From positions 1 through 18,500 of the forward strand of contig JBKJJJ010000011.1 of NCBI GenBank assembly GCA_046598045.1: 18,500 bases of DNA. Reading direction: 5' to 3'. The stretch comes from Candidatus Eiseniibacteriota bacterium (GTDB taxonomy: Bacteria > Eisenbacteria > RBG-16-71-46 > DASYSL01). A program made the position numbers and the translations under genes. Below are positions 1 to 8,742 of the stretch, piece by piece; positions within the stretch are counted from its first letter, which is position 1; every line of letters starts with the position of its first letter. Below the pieces are notes generated by a model. The model was not told the origin of the DNA and did not search any database. It was given only the letters and a program-made list of their open reading frames with translations.

Positions 1-387
1 GGGGAGCCCGGCGGCCTGCATGAGCTTGCGCGCCTCGGCCTTGTCACCCATCGAGCGGATCATGTCGGCGGTCGGGCCGATGAACGTGAAGCCCGACGCC
101 ACGACGGCCTCGGCGAACTGCGCGTTCTCGGCCAGGAAGCCGTAGCCCGGGTGGATCGCGTCGGCGTTCGTGACCTCGGCCGCGGCCAGGATGCGCGGGA
201 TCGCGCGGTAGCTCTGCACCGCCGGCGGCGGGCCGATGCACACGGCCTCGTCGGCGAGGCGGACGTGCAACGACTCGCGGTCGGCCTCGCTGAAGACGGC
301 GACGGTCTGCATCTTGAGTTCGTGGCAGGCGCGCACGATACGGAGCGCGATCTCGCCGCGATTGGCGATGAGGACTTTCTTGAACAT
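1..387 (-). CDS. accC: Acetyl-CoA carboxylase biotin carboxylase subunit (N-terminal part; runs off the window start)
   Basis: Not in the ORF track. Manual translation from ATG at 387 gives [25 protein letters not shown]...[18 protein letters not shown]...[10 protein letters not shown], the classic biotin carboxylase N-terminus. accB is nearby. Confidence 0.97.
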   Translation of the reverse strand, partial: MFKKVLIANRGEIALRIVRACHELKMQTVAVFSEADRESLHVRLADEAVCIGPPPAVQSYRAIPRILAAAEVTNADAIHPGYGFLAENAQFAEAVVASGFTFIGPTADMIRSMGDKAEARKLMQAAGLP

Positions 388-396
388 GGAAGCGGG

Positions 397-425
397 AGAT
401 TACGGGATGCGGGCCGCGAGGGCAA
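397..425 (-). promoter_or_regulatory. Putative sigma70-type promoter for accC (near-leaderless)
   Basis: Minus strand reads TTGCCC (425-420), 17-nt spacer, TAATCT (402-397), then 9 nt to the ATG with no Shine-Dalgarno sequence. Confidence 0.6.
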
Positions 426-440
426 GCCGCTGCGCGGGAG

Positions 441-1694
441 CTACTCCTTCGTCATCCACCCCGGCAGGCTGCCGCGCACCGTGCCTGAGACTGGGCCACC
501 GGTCAGGCCACCTTCGACGGTCTTGGGCCGCGCCGGCGGCGCCGAGCCCTTGGGCGCGCTGTAGCCCGTGGACGGCGCGTTCGGCAGCTGGCCGGTTTCG
601 ACCGGCGCCCACGTGCGGTCCGAGGTCGAATTGATGCCCTTGAGGTGGAGCTGGAATTCGTTCGGGTTCGTGCAGTTCCGCAGCGCCTCGTCCTCGCTGA
701 TGACGTCGGCCTTGAGCAGGCTCATCAGCGACTGGTCGAAGGACTGCATGCCGTACTGCGTGACACCCTCCTCGATGATCGAGCGCAGGCCCTCGAGCGG
801 CTTGCCCATCTGCAGCATCTCGCGGATGGTCGCCGTGTTGATCAGGATCTCGACGGCGGGCACGCGGCCCGAGCCGCCGCGGCGCTGGACGAGCCGCTGC
901 GAGATCACCGCCTGCAAGCTGGCGGCGAGCTGGTGGCGCGTCGCCTCCTGCTGGTGCGGCGGGAAGAACGAGAGCACGCGCTGCATCGTCATCGCCGCAT
1001 CCGTCGTGTGCAGGGTCGAGAACACGAGGTGCCCCGTGTCCGCGGCCATGAGCACGGTCTCCATGGTCTCGCGATCGCGGATTTCGCCCACGAGGATGAT
1101 GTCCGGGTCCTGGCGCAGAATGCGGCGCAGGCCCTCGGCGAACGAACGCACGTCGACGCCGACTTCGCGCTGGTGGATCGCCGACATCTTGTCGCGGTGC
1201 AGGAACTCGATCGGGTCCTCGATCGTGATCACGTTGCGGTTCATCTCGCGATTCGCGGTGTCGATCATCGCGGCCAGCGTGGTCGACTTGCCGGACCCGG
1301 TGGCGCCGGTCACCAGCACGAGCCCGCGCGACAGGGTCGCGAACGGCTTGATCGACTCGGGCATGCCGAGGTCCTCGAGCGTCGGGATCGAGATCGGGAT
1401 CGTGCGAATGGCGAGCGCCGCGGTGCCGCGCTGCTGGAAGATGTTGCAGCGGAAGCGCCCGAGGCCAGGCAAGCCGAACGCGAAGTCGATCTCGCATTCC
1501 TCGTCGAACTTTCTGCGCTGCAGGGGGGTGAGGAGCGAATCGATGACCAGCTCGAGGTCCTGCGCCGAGGGCGGCGGATTGCCGAGCGCGTAGAGTTCCC
1601 CGTCCACGCGGATCAGGGGTGCGGTCGCGACCTTGACGTGCAGGTCCGAGGCCTTGGCCCCCACCATCGCTTCCAGGACTTCGCGAATATCCAT
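441..1694 (-). CDS. pilT: PilT/PilU-family type IV pilus retraction ATPase
   Basis: N-terminal ASDLH, Walker A GATGSGKST, Asp box TIEDPIE, Walker B DPDIILVGE, His box GHLVFSTLH and GMQSFDQSL. GGAGG upstream of the ATG. PilT versus PilU cannot be settled by eye. Confidence 0.9.
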   Translation of the reverse strand: MDIREVLEAMVGAKASDLHVKVATAPLIRVDGELYALGNPPPSAQDLELVIDSLLTPLQRRKFDEECEIDFAFGLPGLGRFRCNIFQQRGTAALAIRTIPISIPTLEDLGMPESIKPFATLSRGLVLVTGATGSGKSTTLAAMIDTANREMNRNVITIEDPIEFLHRDKMSAIHQREVGVDVRSFAEGLRRILRQDPDIILVGEIRDRETMETVLMAADTGHLVFSTLHTTDAAMTMQRVLSFFPPHQQEATRHQLAASLQAVISQRLVQRRGGSGRVPAVEILINTATIREMLQMGKPLEGLRSIIEEGVTQYGMQSFDQSLMSLLKADVISEDEALRNCTNPNEFQLHLKGINSTSDRTWAPVETGQLPNAPSTGYSAPKGSAPPARPKTVEGGLTGGPVSGTVRGSLPGWMTKE

Positions 1695-1793
1695 GCGCCC
1701 CTGCCTCCGGGCCGGATTGCTCCGGCGGTCCGCCCCGCCCGTCGATCCGGGCGAAGGCGCGAGGCTCGCGTCAGGAGACGCGAAGGCGCGACG

Positions 1794-2264
1794 TCAGCTC
1801 GGGTCGACCAGGAACAGGGTCTGGCCGTACTCCACAGGCTGCCCGTTCTCGACCAGGATGCGCGCGATGCGCCCCCGGACTTCGGACTCGATCTCGTTCA
1901 TCAGCTTCATGGCTTCGACGATGCAGACCGTCTGGCCGAGATCGACCTCGGAGTTCATTTCGACGTAGGGATCGGCATCGGGCGCAGGCGACCGATAGAA
2001 TGTGCCGACCATGGGTGAGACGACTGGCTTGAAGTGCGCATCGGCCGACACGGCCTTGGTCTCGGCCGCGGGCGCTGCTGCCGCCGCCGCTGACAGTGCG
2101 GCCGTCGGCGCGGGCCCTCCCACGACGTACGACATGGCACCCTGGATCGCGGCCGGAGCCGCCGCACTGATCCGGATCGTGCGGTCCCCTTCCGTGACCT
2201 CCAGCTCGCCGATGCCGCTCTTCTGCACGAGCTGGATGAGGCGCTTGATCTCGTTGAGATCCAT
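1794..2264 (-). CDS. accB: Acetyl-CoA carboxylase biotin carboxyl carrier protein
   Basis: [10 protein letters not shown] start with AAGGGAG SD (start moved from 2354 to 2264). Ala/Pro linker, SPMVGTFY, biotinylation motif EAMKLM and VEYGQTLF. Confidence 0.97.
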   Translation of the reverse strand: MDLNEIKRLIQLVQKSGIGELEVTEGDRTIRISAAAPAAIQGAMSYVVGGPAPTAALSAAAAAAPAAETKAVSADAHFKPVVSPMVGTFYRSPAPDADPYVEMNSEVDLGQTVCIVEAMKLMNEIESEVRGRIARILVENGQPVEYGQTLFLVDPS

Positions 2265-2350
2265 CGCGCTCCCTTTCGACTCACCCGCTCCCACTATCGG
2301 CGGATTCGAGGCTGAACTTGAGCGCCGTCGCCGGGGGGGCAGGGTCTTGA

Positions 2351-2821
2351 TCATGGGCGGACCGGGGCAGCCTGAGCGGCTGTTCCGGCTCCCGTGAGGT
2401 GGTGGACCAGGGCCTTGAGGCCCAGTTCATAGCCCAGGGGACCGAATCCCTGGATGACTCCGATCGCTGCCGCGGCGGTGTAGGACTGCTGCCGGAACGC
2501 CTCGCGGCGATGCAGGTTGGACAGGTGGACCTCGACCGCCGGGAGCCCCACGCCGAGCAGGCAATCGCGCAGCGCCAGGCTGGTGTGCGTGAACGCCCCG
2601 GGGTTGATGAGCACGCCCTGGTAGCGTCCGACGGCGCCCTGGATCGCGTCGATCAGGCCACCCTCGTGGTTGGACTGGAAGAAGTCGAGCTGGAGATCGA
2701 GCTCGGAAGCCGCCTGCTCGAGGCGGCGTTCGAGGTCGGCCAGCGTCAGCGTTCCGTAGATCTCGGGCTCGCGGGTGCCGAGCAGGTTCAGGTTCGGCCC
2801 GTTGACGACCAGGATCCGCAT
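2351..2821 (-). CDS. aroQ: Type II 3-dehydroquinate dehydratase
   Basis: [33 protein letters not shown] and EVHLSN motifs. Familiar aroQ-accB linkage. Confidence 0.97.
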   Translation of the reverse strand: MRILVVNGPNLNLLGTREPEIYGTLTLADLERRLEQAASELDLQLDFFQSNHEGGLIDAIQGAVGRYQGVLINPGAFTHTSLALRDCLLGVGLPAVEVHLSNLHRREAFRQQSYTAAAAIGVIQGFGPLGYELGLKALVHHLTGAGTAAQAAPVRP

Positions 2822-2830
2822 CGGACTCTC

Positions 2831-3913
2831 CTAGGGTTCGCAGCCCGCATCTTGCAGGGCCGCAATCACTTCGGCCCGCGGAACGCGATGGCCGAAGCTA
2901 GCAACCCCGACCCCCTCTGTCAACACAAAACGCAGCTCCCCGGCGGAGCGCTTCTTGTCCAAATGCATGGCACTGAATACTTTACGAGCCGACACCCCGG
3001 CCAGTGCGCGCTTCGGGGCGGCCAGGCCGAGCGCCTCGAGCAACGCCGCCTGGCGCTCGGCCACCGCGGGGGCGAGCAGGCCGCGGCGCAGTGCGATGCC
3101 GGCCTCGACCGCCATGCCGAGCGCGACCGCCTCGCCGTGCACCCAGCGCCGGTAGTCGCCCACCAACTCGAGCGCGTGGCCGACCGTGTGTCCGTAGTTG
3201 AGCAGTTGCCGGCGGCCGCCGTCGCGTTCGTCCTCGGAGACGACGCGCGCCTTCGCGCGCACCGCGCGCCGGATGATCGCGCCCCACGCGGCTGGATCGC
3301 GCTCGAGCTGGCGCACGAGCGCCCCGTCGAGCACGAAGCCGACCTTCGCCGCCTCGGCGAGCCCGGCGCGCAGGTGGCGGCGCGGCAGGGTCGCGAGCAC
3401 GTCCGGGTCGATCACGACCACGCGGGGCTGGTGGAACGCGCCCACGAGGTTCTTGCCGGCGGGCAGGTCCACTCCGACCTTGCCGCCGACGCTCGAGTCG
3501 ACCTGGGCGAGCAGGCTGGTGGGCACCATGACGAGCGGCACGCCGCGCAGCCAGGTCGCGGCCGCGAACCCCGCGAGGTCCCCCACGACGCCGCCGCCGA
3601 GCGCGAACACGGGCCGGCCGCGTTCGAGCCCCGCGCGCGCGAACGCCTCGTAGAGCGACTCGGCGCGGGCGAGCGACTTGCTGCGCTCGCCGGGCGGCAC
3701 GGCGGCGAACGCGTCGACGCGAAAGCCCGCCGCGCGCAGGGAGCGCCGGAGCGCGGGCCCGTACAGGCGGGCGACCACGGTGTCGCTGACGACCGCACAG
3801 GGACCGGGCAGAAGGCCGGCCGCGCGCGCGAGGCGACCGGTGCGGGCGAGGGCGCCCGCGGCAATGTGGATGGTGGATTGCGCGTCCCCGAGGGAGACGC
3901 GAAGGGTGGTCAT
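2831..3913 (-). CDS. aroB: 3-dehydroquinate synthase
   Basis: GGGVVGDLAGF, PTSLLAQVDSSVGGK, KNLVGAFHQP, LNYGHTVGHALE, HGEAVALG and DKK motifs. ATG 3913 preferred over GTG 3922 because an extended -10 (TGcTACCGT) overlaps the GTG. Confidence 0.96.
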   Translation of the reverse strand: MTTLRVSLGDAQSTIHIAAGALARTGRLARAAGLLPGPCAVVSDTVVARLYGPALRRSLRAAGFRVDAFAAVPPGERSKSLARAESLYEAFARAGLERGRPVFALGGGVVGDLAGFAAATWLRGVPLVMVPTSLLAQVDSSVGGKVGVDLPAGKNLVGAFHQPRVVVIDPDVLATLPRRHLRAGLAEAAKVGFVLDGALVRQLERDPAAWGAIIRRAVRAKARVVSEDERDGGRRQLLNYGHTVGHALELVGDYRRWVHGEAVALGMAVEAGIALRRGLLAPAVAERQAALLEALGLAAPKRALAGVSARKVFSAMHLDKKRSAGELRFVLTEGVGVASFGHRVPRAEVIAALQDAGCEP

Positions 3914-3946
3914 GGCCGGCACGGTAGCAGACCGCCCCGGGCGCGC

Positions 3947-5176
3947 CTAGCCGGGGTGCGAGTGGTTCGCGCTGTCGGCGGCGGCACCGCGTCCACGCAT
4001 GCGCAGCGTGCGGACGCGCTCGAGCAGGTCCTCGTTCGTGCGCACGCGGCCCTCGGGCAGCAACGAACCGCCGGCCGCCGGGGATCCCGGGCTGGCGAGC
4101 AGTTCGTCGTCGGGCTTCGCGCCCACCACCAGCGAGCCGTCGAACCGCTCCTCGCCACGCACCCAGACCAGCGCGGCGAGCGTGCCCGGGGGGTTCCCCT
4201 CGACCCGGCGCATCAGGTCCTCGGGGCTGGCGAGCGTCTCCCCGTTCCAGCCGACGATCAGGTCGCCGCTCTTGAGCCCGACCTGCGCGGCCGGGCTGCC
4301 GGCGAGCACGTCCTCGACGCGCACGCCGATCTTGAACGTATCGCTCGGATGGCTCGAGTCCACGATTTCGCCCTGGACCATGCGCACGCCGAGGAAGCCG
4401 CGGCGCACGTGGCCATAGCGCTCGAGATGATCGACCACGCGCTTGAGGTCGTCGGCGGCGAGCGCGAAGCTCGTCCCCGGGGCCTCGCCCGCGCTCGGGA
4501 TCCAGTCCGCCGGGGCTTCCTCCAGGCGGCCGATCACGAGGCCGACCAGCTCGCCGCGCGCGTTGAGCGCGGGCGCGCCGCTGAAACCCGGGAACACCTC
4601 GTTGGTCAGGAGGAGGAGCGAGCCGAGGGGCTGCTCGTAGCGGCGTTGCACGGTGCCGAGGCTCGGACGCGATTCGCCGCCCATGGTCTGGCCGAGCGCG
4701 GCGACCCACGAGCCCACGGGCGCCGCCGGCTCGGGTGCCCAGCGCAGGGCGGGCACGTCGGTGACCGGCAGTTCGAGCAACGCCACGTCCGAGGCCTCGT
4801 CGCTGCCGAGCAGGATCGCGGTCATGGTGCGGCCATCGGCGAGGCGAACCTGGATGCGGTCGCAGTCGCGCACCACGGAGGCCGCGGTGACGACGTGCCC
4901 GCGGCGGTCCACCACCGCGCCCGACGCGAGGCTGCGCGTGGGCCGGCCCGGCGCGCCCTCGAGGCTGCCCTCGTCTTCGCGTGTGCGCACGCCCATCACG
5001 GTCACGACCGAGCGGCGGGCGCGCGCGCAGGCGGCGTCGAACGACTGCGTCATGCCGGGAGAGGCCGGCGCGGGGACCGCCCCCGCGAGGACGGGCAGGA
5101 CGGCGAGTGCCAGGATGGCCAACGCCGCGCCCATCCGGTAACGGACGAACGCGGCGCTCTGGGGGATGAAACGCAT
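3947..5176 (-). CDS. HtrA/DegP-like (S1C) trypsin-fold protein with one PDZ domain; catalytic His replaced by Ser
   Basis: Signal/TM segment, SGAVVD..GHVVTAASVV, SDVALLEL, PGFSGAPALNARGELVG, then PDZ (RRGFLGV...GSPAAQVGLKSGDLIV). Confidence 0.85.
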   Translation of the reverse strand: MRFIPQSAAFVRYRMGAALAILALAVLPVLAGAVPAPASPGMTQSFDAACARARRSVVTVMGVRTREDEGSLEGAPGRPTRSLASGAVVDRRGHVVTAASVVRDCDRIQVRLADGRTMTAILLGSDEASDVALLELPVTDVPALRWAPEPAAPVGSWVAALGQTMGGESRPSLGTVQRRYEQPLGSLLLLTNEVFPGFSGAPALNARGELVGLVIGRLEEAPADWIPSAGEAPGTSFALAADDLKRVVDHLERYGHVRRGFLGVRMVQGEIVDSSHPSDTFKIGVRVEDVLAGSPAAQVGLKSGDLIVGWNGETLASPEDLMRRVEGNPPGTLAALVWVRGEERFDGSLVVGAKPDDELLASPGSPAAGGSLLPEGRVRTNEDLLERVRTLRMRGRGAAADSANHSHPG

Positions 5177-5181
5177 GGCCG

Positions 5182-5913
5182 TCAGAAGGTGATGCTCGCC
5201 TGCTCGCCGCGCACGGACGACTGCACCGGGGTGTAGCCCCGGCCGCGCTCACGGCGCAACTTGACCGGATCGAGCACGAACTCGACGTCCGCCGAGTGAT
5301 CGAACAGGCTGTCGGGGATCGCAGCCACGGCCTCGCTCGCCGACGGGTTCGCACGGCGCGCCACGGGCCCGCGCGCGATCGTCGTGCCCGGGACGTTCGT
5401 CGGGACGATCGCCGCGACCGCGCCGGTCGTGATCGGTTCGGTCGTGATCGGGCCATCCGGGTCGCCGGCTGAGACGCGCAGATCGGGCGCCTTCGTCGGC
5501 GCGGAGACCATCGCCTGCGCGACCTGCTTGGCCGGACTGCTCGTCGGGCCGCTCGTCGGGCCGCTCGTCGGACGCAGGAAGAGCGCGCCGCTCACGCCGA
5601 TCGCGACCAGCACCGCGGCCGCCATCGCGACCGCCGCGGGGCGCGCGAAGAAGCCGCCGGCGATCCCGGTGCGCAGGCCGCCCTCGGCCTCGCGGCGACG
5701 CGCCTCGGCGAGCACGCGGGTCGCGAAGTCGCCGGACACCTGCGGTCGCGGCAGCGCCTGCACGAGTTCGAGCGTGCGGGCGTACTCGTCGTAATCCCGA
5801 CGACAGCCGCTGCACGAGGTGAAGTGCAACTCCAGCGTTTCGCGTTCGGCGACGGACAATTCGTCATCCCAGGCAGGGCCGAAGAGCGTTTGTGCGCGTT
5901 CGCAAGAGATCAT
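5182..5913 (-). CDS. Zinc-binding (zf-HC2/ZAS) transmembrane anti-sigma factor
   Basis: MISCERAQ...HFTSCSGC (HxxxCxxC), one TM helix (AAVAMAAAVLVAIGVSGALFL) and a Pro/Thr-rich extracytoplasmic part. ATG 5913 overlaps the sigma stop codon (ATGA). Confidence 0.9.
   Translation of the reverse strand: MISCERAQTLFGPAWDDELSVAERETLELHFTSCSGCRRDYDEYARTLELVQALPRPQVSGDFATRVLAEARRREAEGGLRTGIAGGFFARPAAVAMAAAVLVAIGVSGALFLRPTSGPTSGPTSSPAKQVAQAMVSAPTKAPDLRVSAGDPDGPITTEPITTGAVAAIVPTNVPGTTIARGPVARRANPSASEAVAAIPDSLFDHSADVEFVLDPVKLRRERGRGYTPVQSSVRGEQASITF
5539..5571. repeat. 12-bp tandem repeat (GCTCGTCGGGCC, about 2.75 copies) encoding PTSG-PTSG-PTS in the anti-sigma linker
   Basis: Read directly from the sequence; in frame. 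Confidence 0.85.
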
Positions 5914-6551
5914 CCGATGTCGTCCCGTCGGAGCCACGGCTCCAGTTTGCGCTTGAGCATGAGACGGGCGCGATTGATGCGCGAACGCACCGTTCCGCCC
6001 GGGATCTTCAAAGCCAGTCCGATCTCCTCGTACGCCAGCCCTTCGATGTCGCGCAGCACGAGCGCGATGCGATACCGGTCCGGCAATTCGGCGATCGCCT
6101 CTCCGACCACGCCGGAGAGTTGCTCGTGTTCCATGTCGACTTCGCGCGTGGACGTCTTGTCGGCGAGCAGCAGGCTCGCGTCCTTCAGCGTCTCCTGCAT
6201 CTCGTCGAGACTCGTCCAGTTGCGGCGGCGCTTGCGGCGCCGCATCTCGTTCTTCGCCAGGTTCGCCGCGATGGTGAACAACCAGGTCGAGAACTTCGAT
6301 CCCGTCCGGTAGTTCTTGCGATGCAGGTGAACCCGGACGAACACCTCTTGCGCGATGTCCTCGGACACTTCCCGGTCATTGAGCAGCCGGCTGACGAGGT
6401 GGATCACGCGCATCTGGTAGCGACGCACGAGCTCCGTGAACGCCCTTGCGTCATCCAGGGCGGCCCGCGCCATCAGGTCCTCGTCCGAAAGGGAGAGGAT
6501 GGCCGGGGCGGGGTCCGTGGGCCTGGGGTCAGGCGCCATGAGCGGCCTCAT
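5910..6551 (-). CDS. ECF (sigma70 group 4, RpoE-like) RNA polymerase sigma factor
   Basis: Region 2 (EDIAQEVFVRV, FSTWLFTIAAN) and region 4 (LPDRYRIALVLRDIEGLAYEEIG...GTVRSRINRAR). An alternative start at ATG 6539 has a GAGG SD. Confidence 0.95.
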   Translation of the reverse strand: MRPLMAPDPRPTDPAPAILSLSDEDLMARAALDDARAFTELVRRYQMRVIHLVSRLLNDREVSEDIAQEVFVRVHLHRKNYRTGSKFSTWLFTIAANLAKNEMRRRKRRRNWTSLDEMQETLKDASLLLADKTSTREVDMEHEQLSGVVGEAIAELPDRYRIALVLRDIEGLAYEEIGLALKIPGGTVRSRINRARLMLKRKLEPWLRRDDIG

Positions 6552-6559
6552 CGTTCACA

Positions 6560-6587
6560 GTTACCCCCGCCTGCGACATGGGGTTCC
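6560..6587 (-). promoter_or_regulatory. Putative autoregulatory ECF-sigma promoter
   Basis: GGAAC (6587-6583), 18-nt spacer, GTAAC (6564-6560) directly upstream of the sigma gene. Resembles the GGAAC/GGAAT-N17/18-GTT type of ECF promoter. Confidence 0.6.
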
Positions 6588-6611
6588 CGGCGATTCCGGG
6601 GCAGGTCGCGA

Positions 6612-8393
6612 TCAGCGCAGGGCCTCGAGCTTCCGGGACAGCGACTCGCTCGTGGGATCGAGCTGTAAAGCCTTCTGGTACTGCGACTTGGCATCGCCCT
6701 TCCGGGCCATGGCGAGGTACACGTCGCCCAGGTGCTCGAGCACCGCGGACTCCCCGCCCCCGAGCGCAATCGCCTTCTCGAGCTGGCCCCGGGCGTCGTC
6801 CAACCGGCCCAGCCGGTAGTACGCCCAGCCCAGCGAGTCGATGTAATACGGGTTGTCCGGGTCGAGCGCGAGGGCCTGCTGGATCAGGGGGACCGCCTGG
6901 TCGACCTTCACCTTGTAGTCGGCGTAGAGGTAGCCGAGGAAGTTCAGGGCCTGGCCGCTCCGGGGTTCGATCTCGAGCGACTTGTGCGCCGCCTCCTCCG
7001 CTCCGGGCACGTCCTTCCGGCGCTCGCGCGCGAACGCCAGTTCGAGCCAGAGCCGGGCGTCCTTGGGGTCGCCCGTGAGTGCGCCCGAAAGCGCCTTCTC
7101 CGCGCGGTCGAAGCGCTGCGTGCGTGCATAGGAGCGCGCGAGCTCGACCTTCGCACCGGTCGAATCGCCGAGCGTCTCCTCGGCCTTCGCGTAGCGGCGA
7201 TCGGCCTCGACGGAGAGGTGACCCGCCTGGTCGTTCGAGGCCCAGGTCTCGGCCGCCACGATCCACGCCCGCGCGTCGCGCGGGCGCTCCTTCGTCAGGC
7301 CGTCGGCCTCGGCGCGGGCTTCGCTCTCCCTGCCGATGTGCAGCAGCACCGCGGCGGCGAACGCGGCGGGCTCGACCTCGCCGGGCAGGCTCTTGCGCAG
7401 CGTGCGCACCACGTCGGCGGCATCGTCGTTTTTCTTCATCGTCAGGTCGAGACTCGCGAGCACGCGCCCGGCCTCGAAGTCCTTGGGCGCATTCTGGAAC
7501 AGCCAGCTCGCCTCGCGCGCCGCGTCCGGCCATTGCTCGAGCTTGATGTAGGCCTGCACCAGCCGGCGGCGCGTCTGGCGGTCATTCGGGTACTGCTGGA
7601 GCTGCGCCTCGTAGCCGCGCGCGGCCTCGGCCGTGCGTCCCGCGTGCTCGGCGACGAACGAGCGCGCGACGCTCAGCCCGGGCAGGAACGGGTTGCTCTC
7701 GGCGACCTGCGCGAGCAGCGTGTCGGCCGCGCCCCAGTGTTCGAGCCGCGCCTCGACCGTGCCCAGGTGGTACGCGGTCTCGGCGTCCTCGGGGTCGAGC
7801 AGGAACGCGTGCGCGTAGGCCTCGCGCGCCGCGGGCAGGCGGCCCGACTCGTCCTCGATGCGGCCGAGCGCCGACCAGGTCTCGATGCGCGAGGAGTCCG
7901 CGGCGAGCGCGCGCATGAACGCGTCGCGCGCCTCGTCCATGCGGCCCCCGGCGGCGAGCGCCGAGCCCGCGAGGAACTGCGCGCGGCCCGAGCGATCCCC
8001 GAGCGTGATCGAGCGCCGTGCGTAATCGAGTCCGGCGCGCTCGTCCCCGGCCTGGAACGCGAGCTCCCCGAGCTTGAGCGCGAGGTCGGGCGCGGACGGG
8101 TCGTAGGCGAACGAGCGACCGATCTCCTGGATCGCACCGGGAACGTCACCCGTGGCCTCGAGATAAACGCCCTGGAGGTAGTGCCGCAGCGCATTGTCGC
8201 GCGCGGCCGCGGCCAGCCCGCCGGGATCGGGCACGTTGGTGCGGTTGACCGGGGCCGGCGCGGCGGCGACGCGCTTCGGGGCCTTCGCGACCGGCTTCGG
8301 CGTCCTGGCGACAGCCGGACCGGCGAGGCCCGGCGCGGCCAGGCCCAGGGCGAGGGCGATCATTGAAATCGTGCGGCGGCCGGGGGTATTCAT
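6612..8393 (-). CDS. Exported tetratricopeptide-repeat (TPR) protein
   Basis: Signal peptide (RRTISMIALALGLAAPGLAGPAVA), many Ala-rich TPR helices, and the typical C-terminal ALNFLGYLYAD...PDNPYYIDSLGWAYYRLG...EHLGDVY. Confidence 0.92.
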   Translation of the reverse strand: MNTPGRRTISMIALALGLAAPGLAGPAVARTPKPVAKAPKRVAAAPAPVNRTNVPDPGGLAAAARDNALRHYLQGVYLEATGDVPGAIQEIGRSFAYDPSAPDLALKLGELAFQAGDERAGLDYARRSITLGDRSGRAQFLAGSALAAGGRMDEARDAFMRALAADSSRIETWSALGRIEDESGRLPAAREAYAHAFLLDPEDAETAYHLGTVEARLEHWGAADTLLAQVAESNPFLPGLSVARSFVAEHAGRTAEAARGYEAQLQQYPNDRQTRRRLVQAYIKLEQWPDAAREASWLFQNAPKDFEAGRVLASLDLTMKKNDDAADVVRTLRKSLPGEVEPAAFAAAVLLHIGRESEARAEADGLTKERPRDARAWIVAAETWASNDQAGHLSVEADRRYAKAEETLGDSTGAKVELARSYARTQRFDRAEKALSGALTGDPKDARLWLELAFARERRKDVPGAEEAAHKSLEIEPRSGQALNFLGYLYADYKVKVDQAVPLIQQALALDPDNPYYIDSLGWAYYRLGRLDDARGQLEKAIALGGGESAVLEHLGDVYLAMARKGDAKSQYQKALQLDPTSESLSRKLEALR

Positions 8394-8454
8394 GGTCCCC
8401 TAGCTTACGCCGGATTCCGGACCGGGGACCACGTCGATGTGAAGGCGCAAGTGT

Positions 8455-8742
8455 TCAGTCTGCGTCTGGCCCTCTCCGAGCCGCCACTTTTGCGTCGTAC
8501 AACGCAACTGCCTCCTTGAACATCTGAGTGAACTGGCGAGCAACGTTGATGTTGAAGTAGACGCGAAGGTTTTCACGTACTACGAGTTTATCCGGCTCAG
8601 CGGACAAGACCTCGCGGAAGATGATCCGGAATTCGTCCGCGATCAGCGCAAGTTCGCAATGGTTCGAGAAGAGCGTCGGGGCTTGCCCCTCGTTTACTAC
8701 ATGTAGAACCGGCAGCTTGGGTTTTAGGCTTCGCTTGGCCAC
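8455..8742 (-). CDS. Small hypothetical protein, DUF3467-like
   Basis: GTG start with GGAG SD, overlapping the upstream gene by 19 nt. The pattern FSNHCELALIADEFRIIF...LRVYFNINVARQFTQMFKEAVALYD resembles the DUF3467 YSN...EFxxDF...RI...AK......YE layout as I recall it. Confidence 0.65.
   Translation of the reverse strand: MAKRSLKPKLPVLHVVNEGQAPTLFSNHCELALIADEFRIIFREVLSAEPDKLVVRENLRVYFNINVARQFTQMFKEAVALYDAKVAARRGPDAD

Noticed and set aside
2399..5236. 945-aa plus-strand ORF (also 645-2018, 6732-8366 and 11706-13682)
   Set aside because: Antisense shadows of well-supported minus-strand genes in high-GC DNA; no recognisable motifs.
2982..5456. 824-aa minus-strand Arg-rich ORF spanning the anti-sigma, HtrA-like and aroB genes
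   Set aside because: An out-of-frame reading of three real genes with typical GC-frame Arg/Gly/Pro composition.
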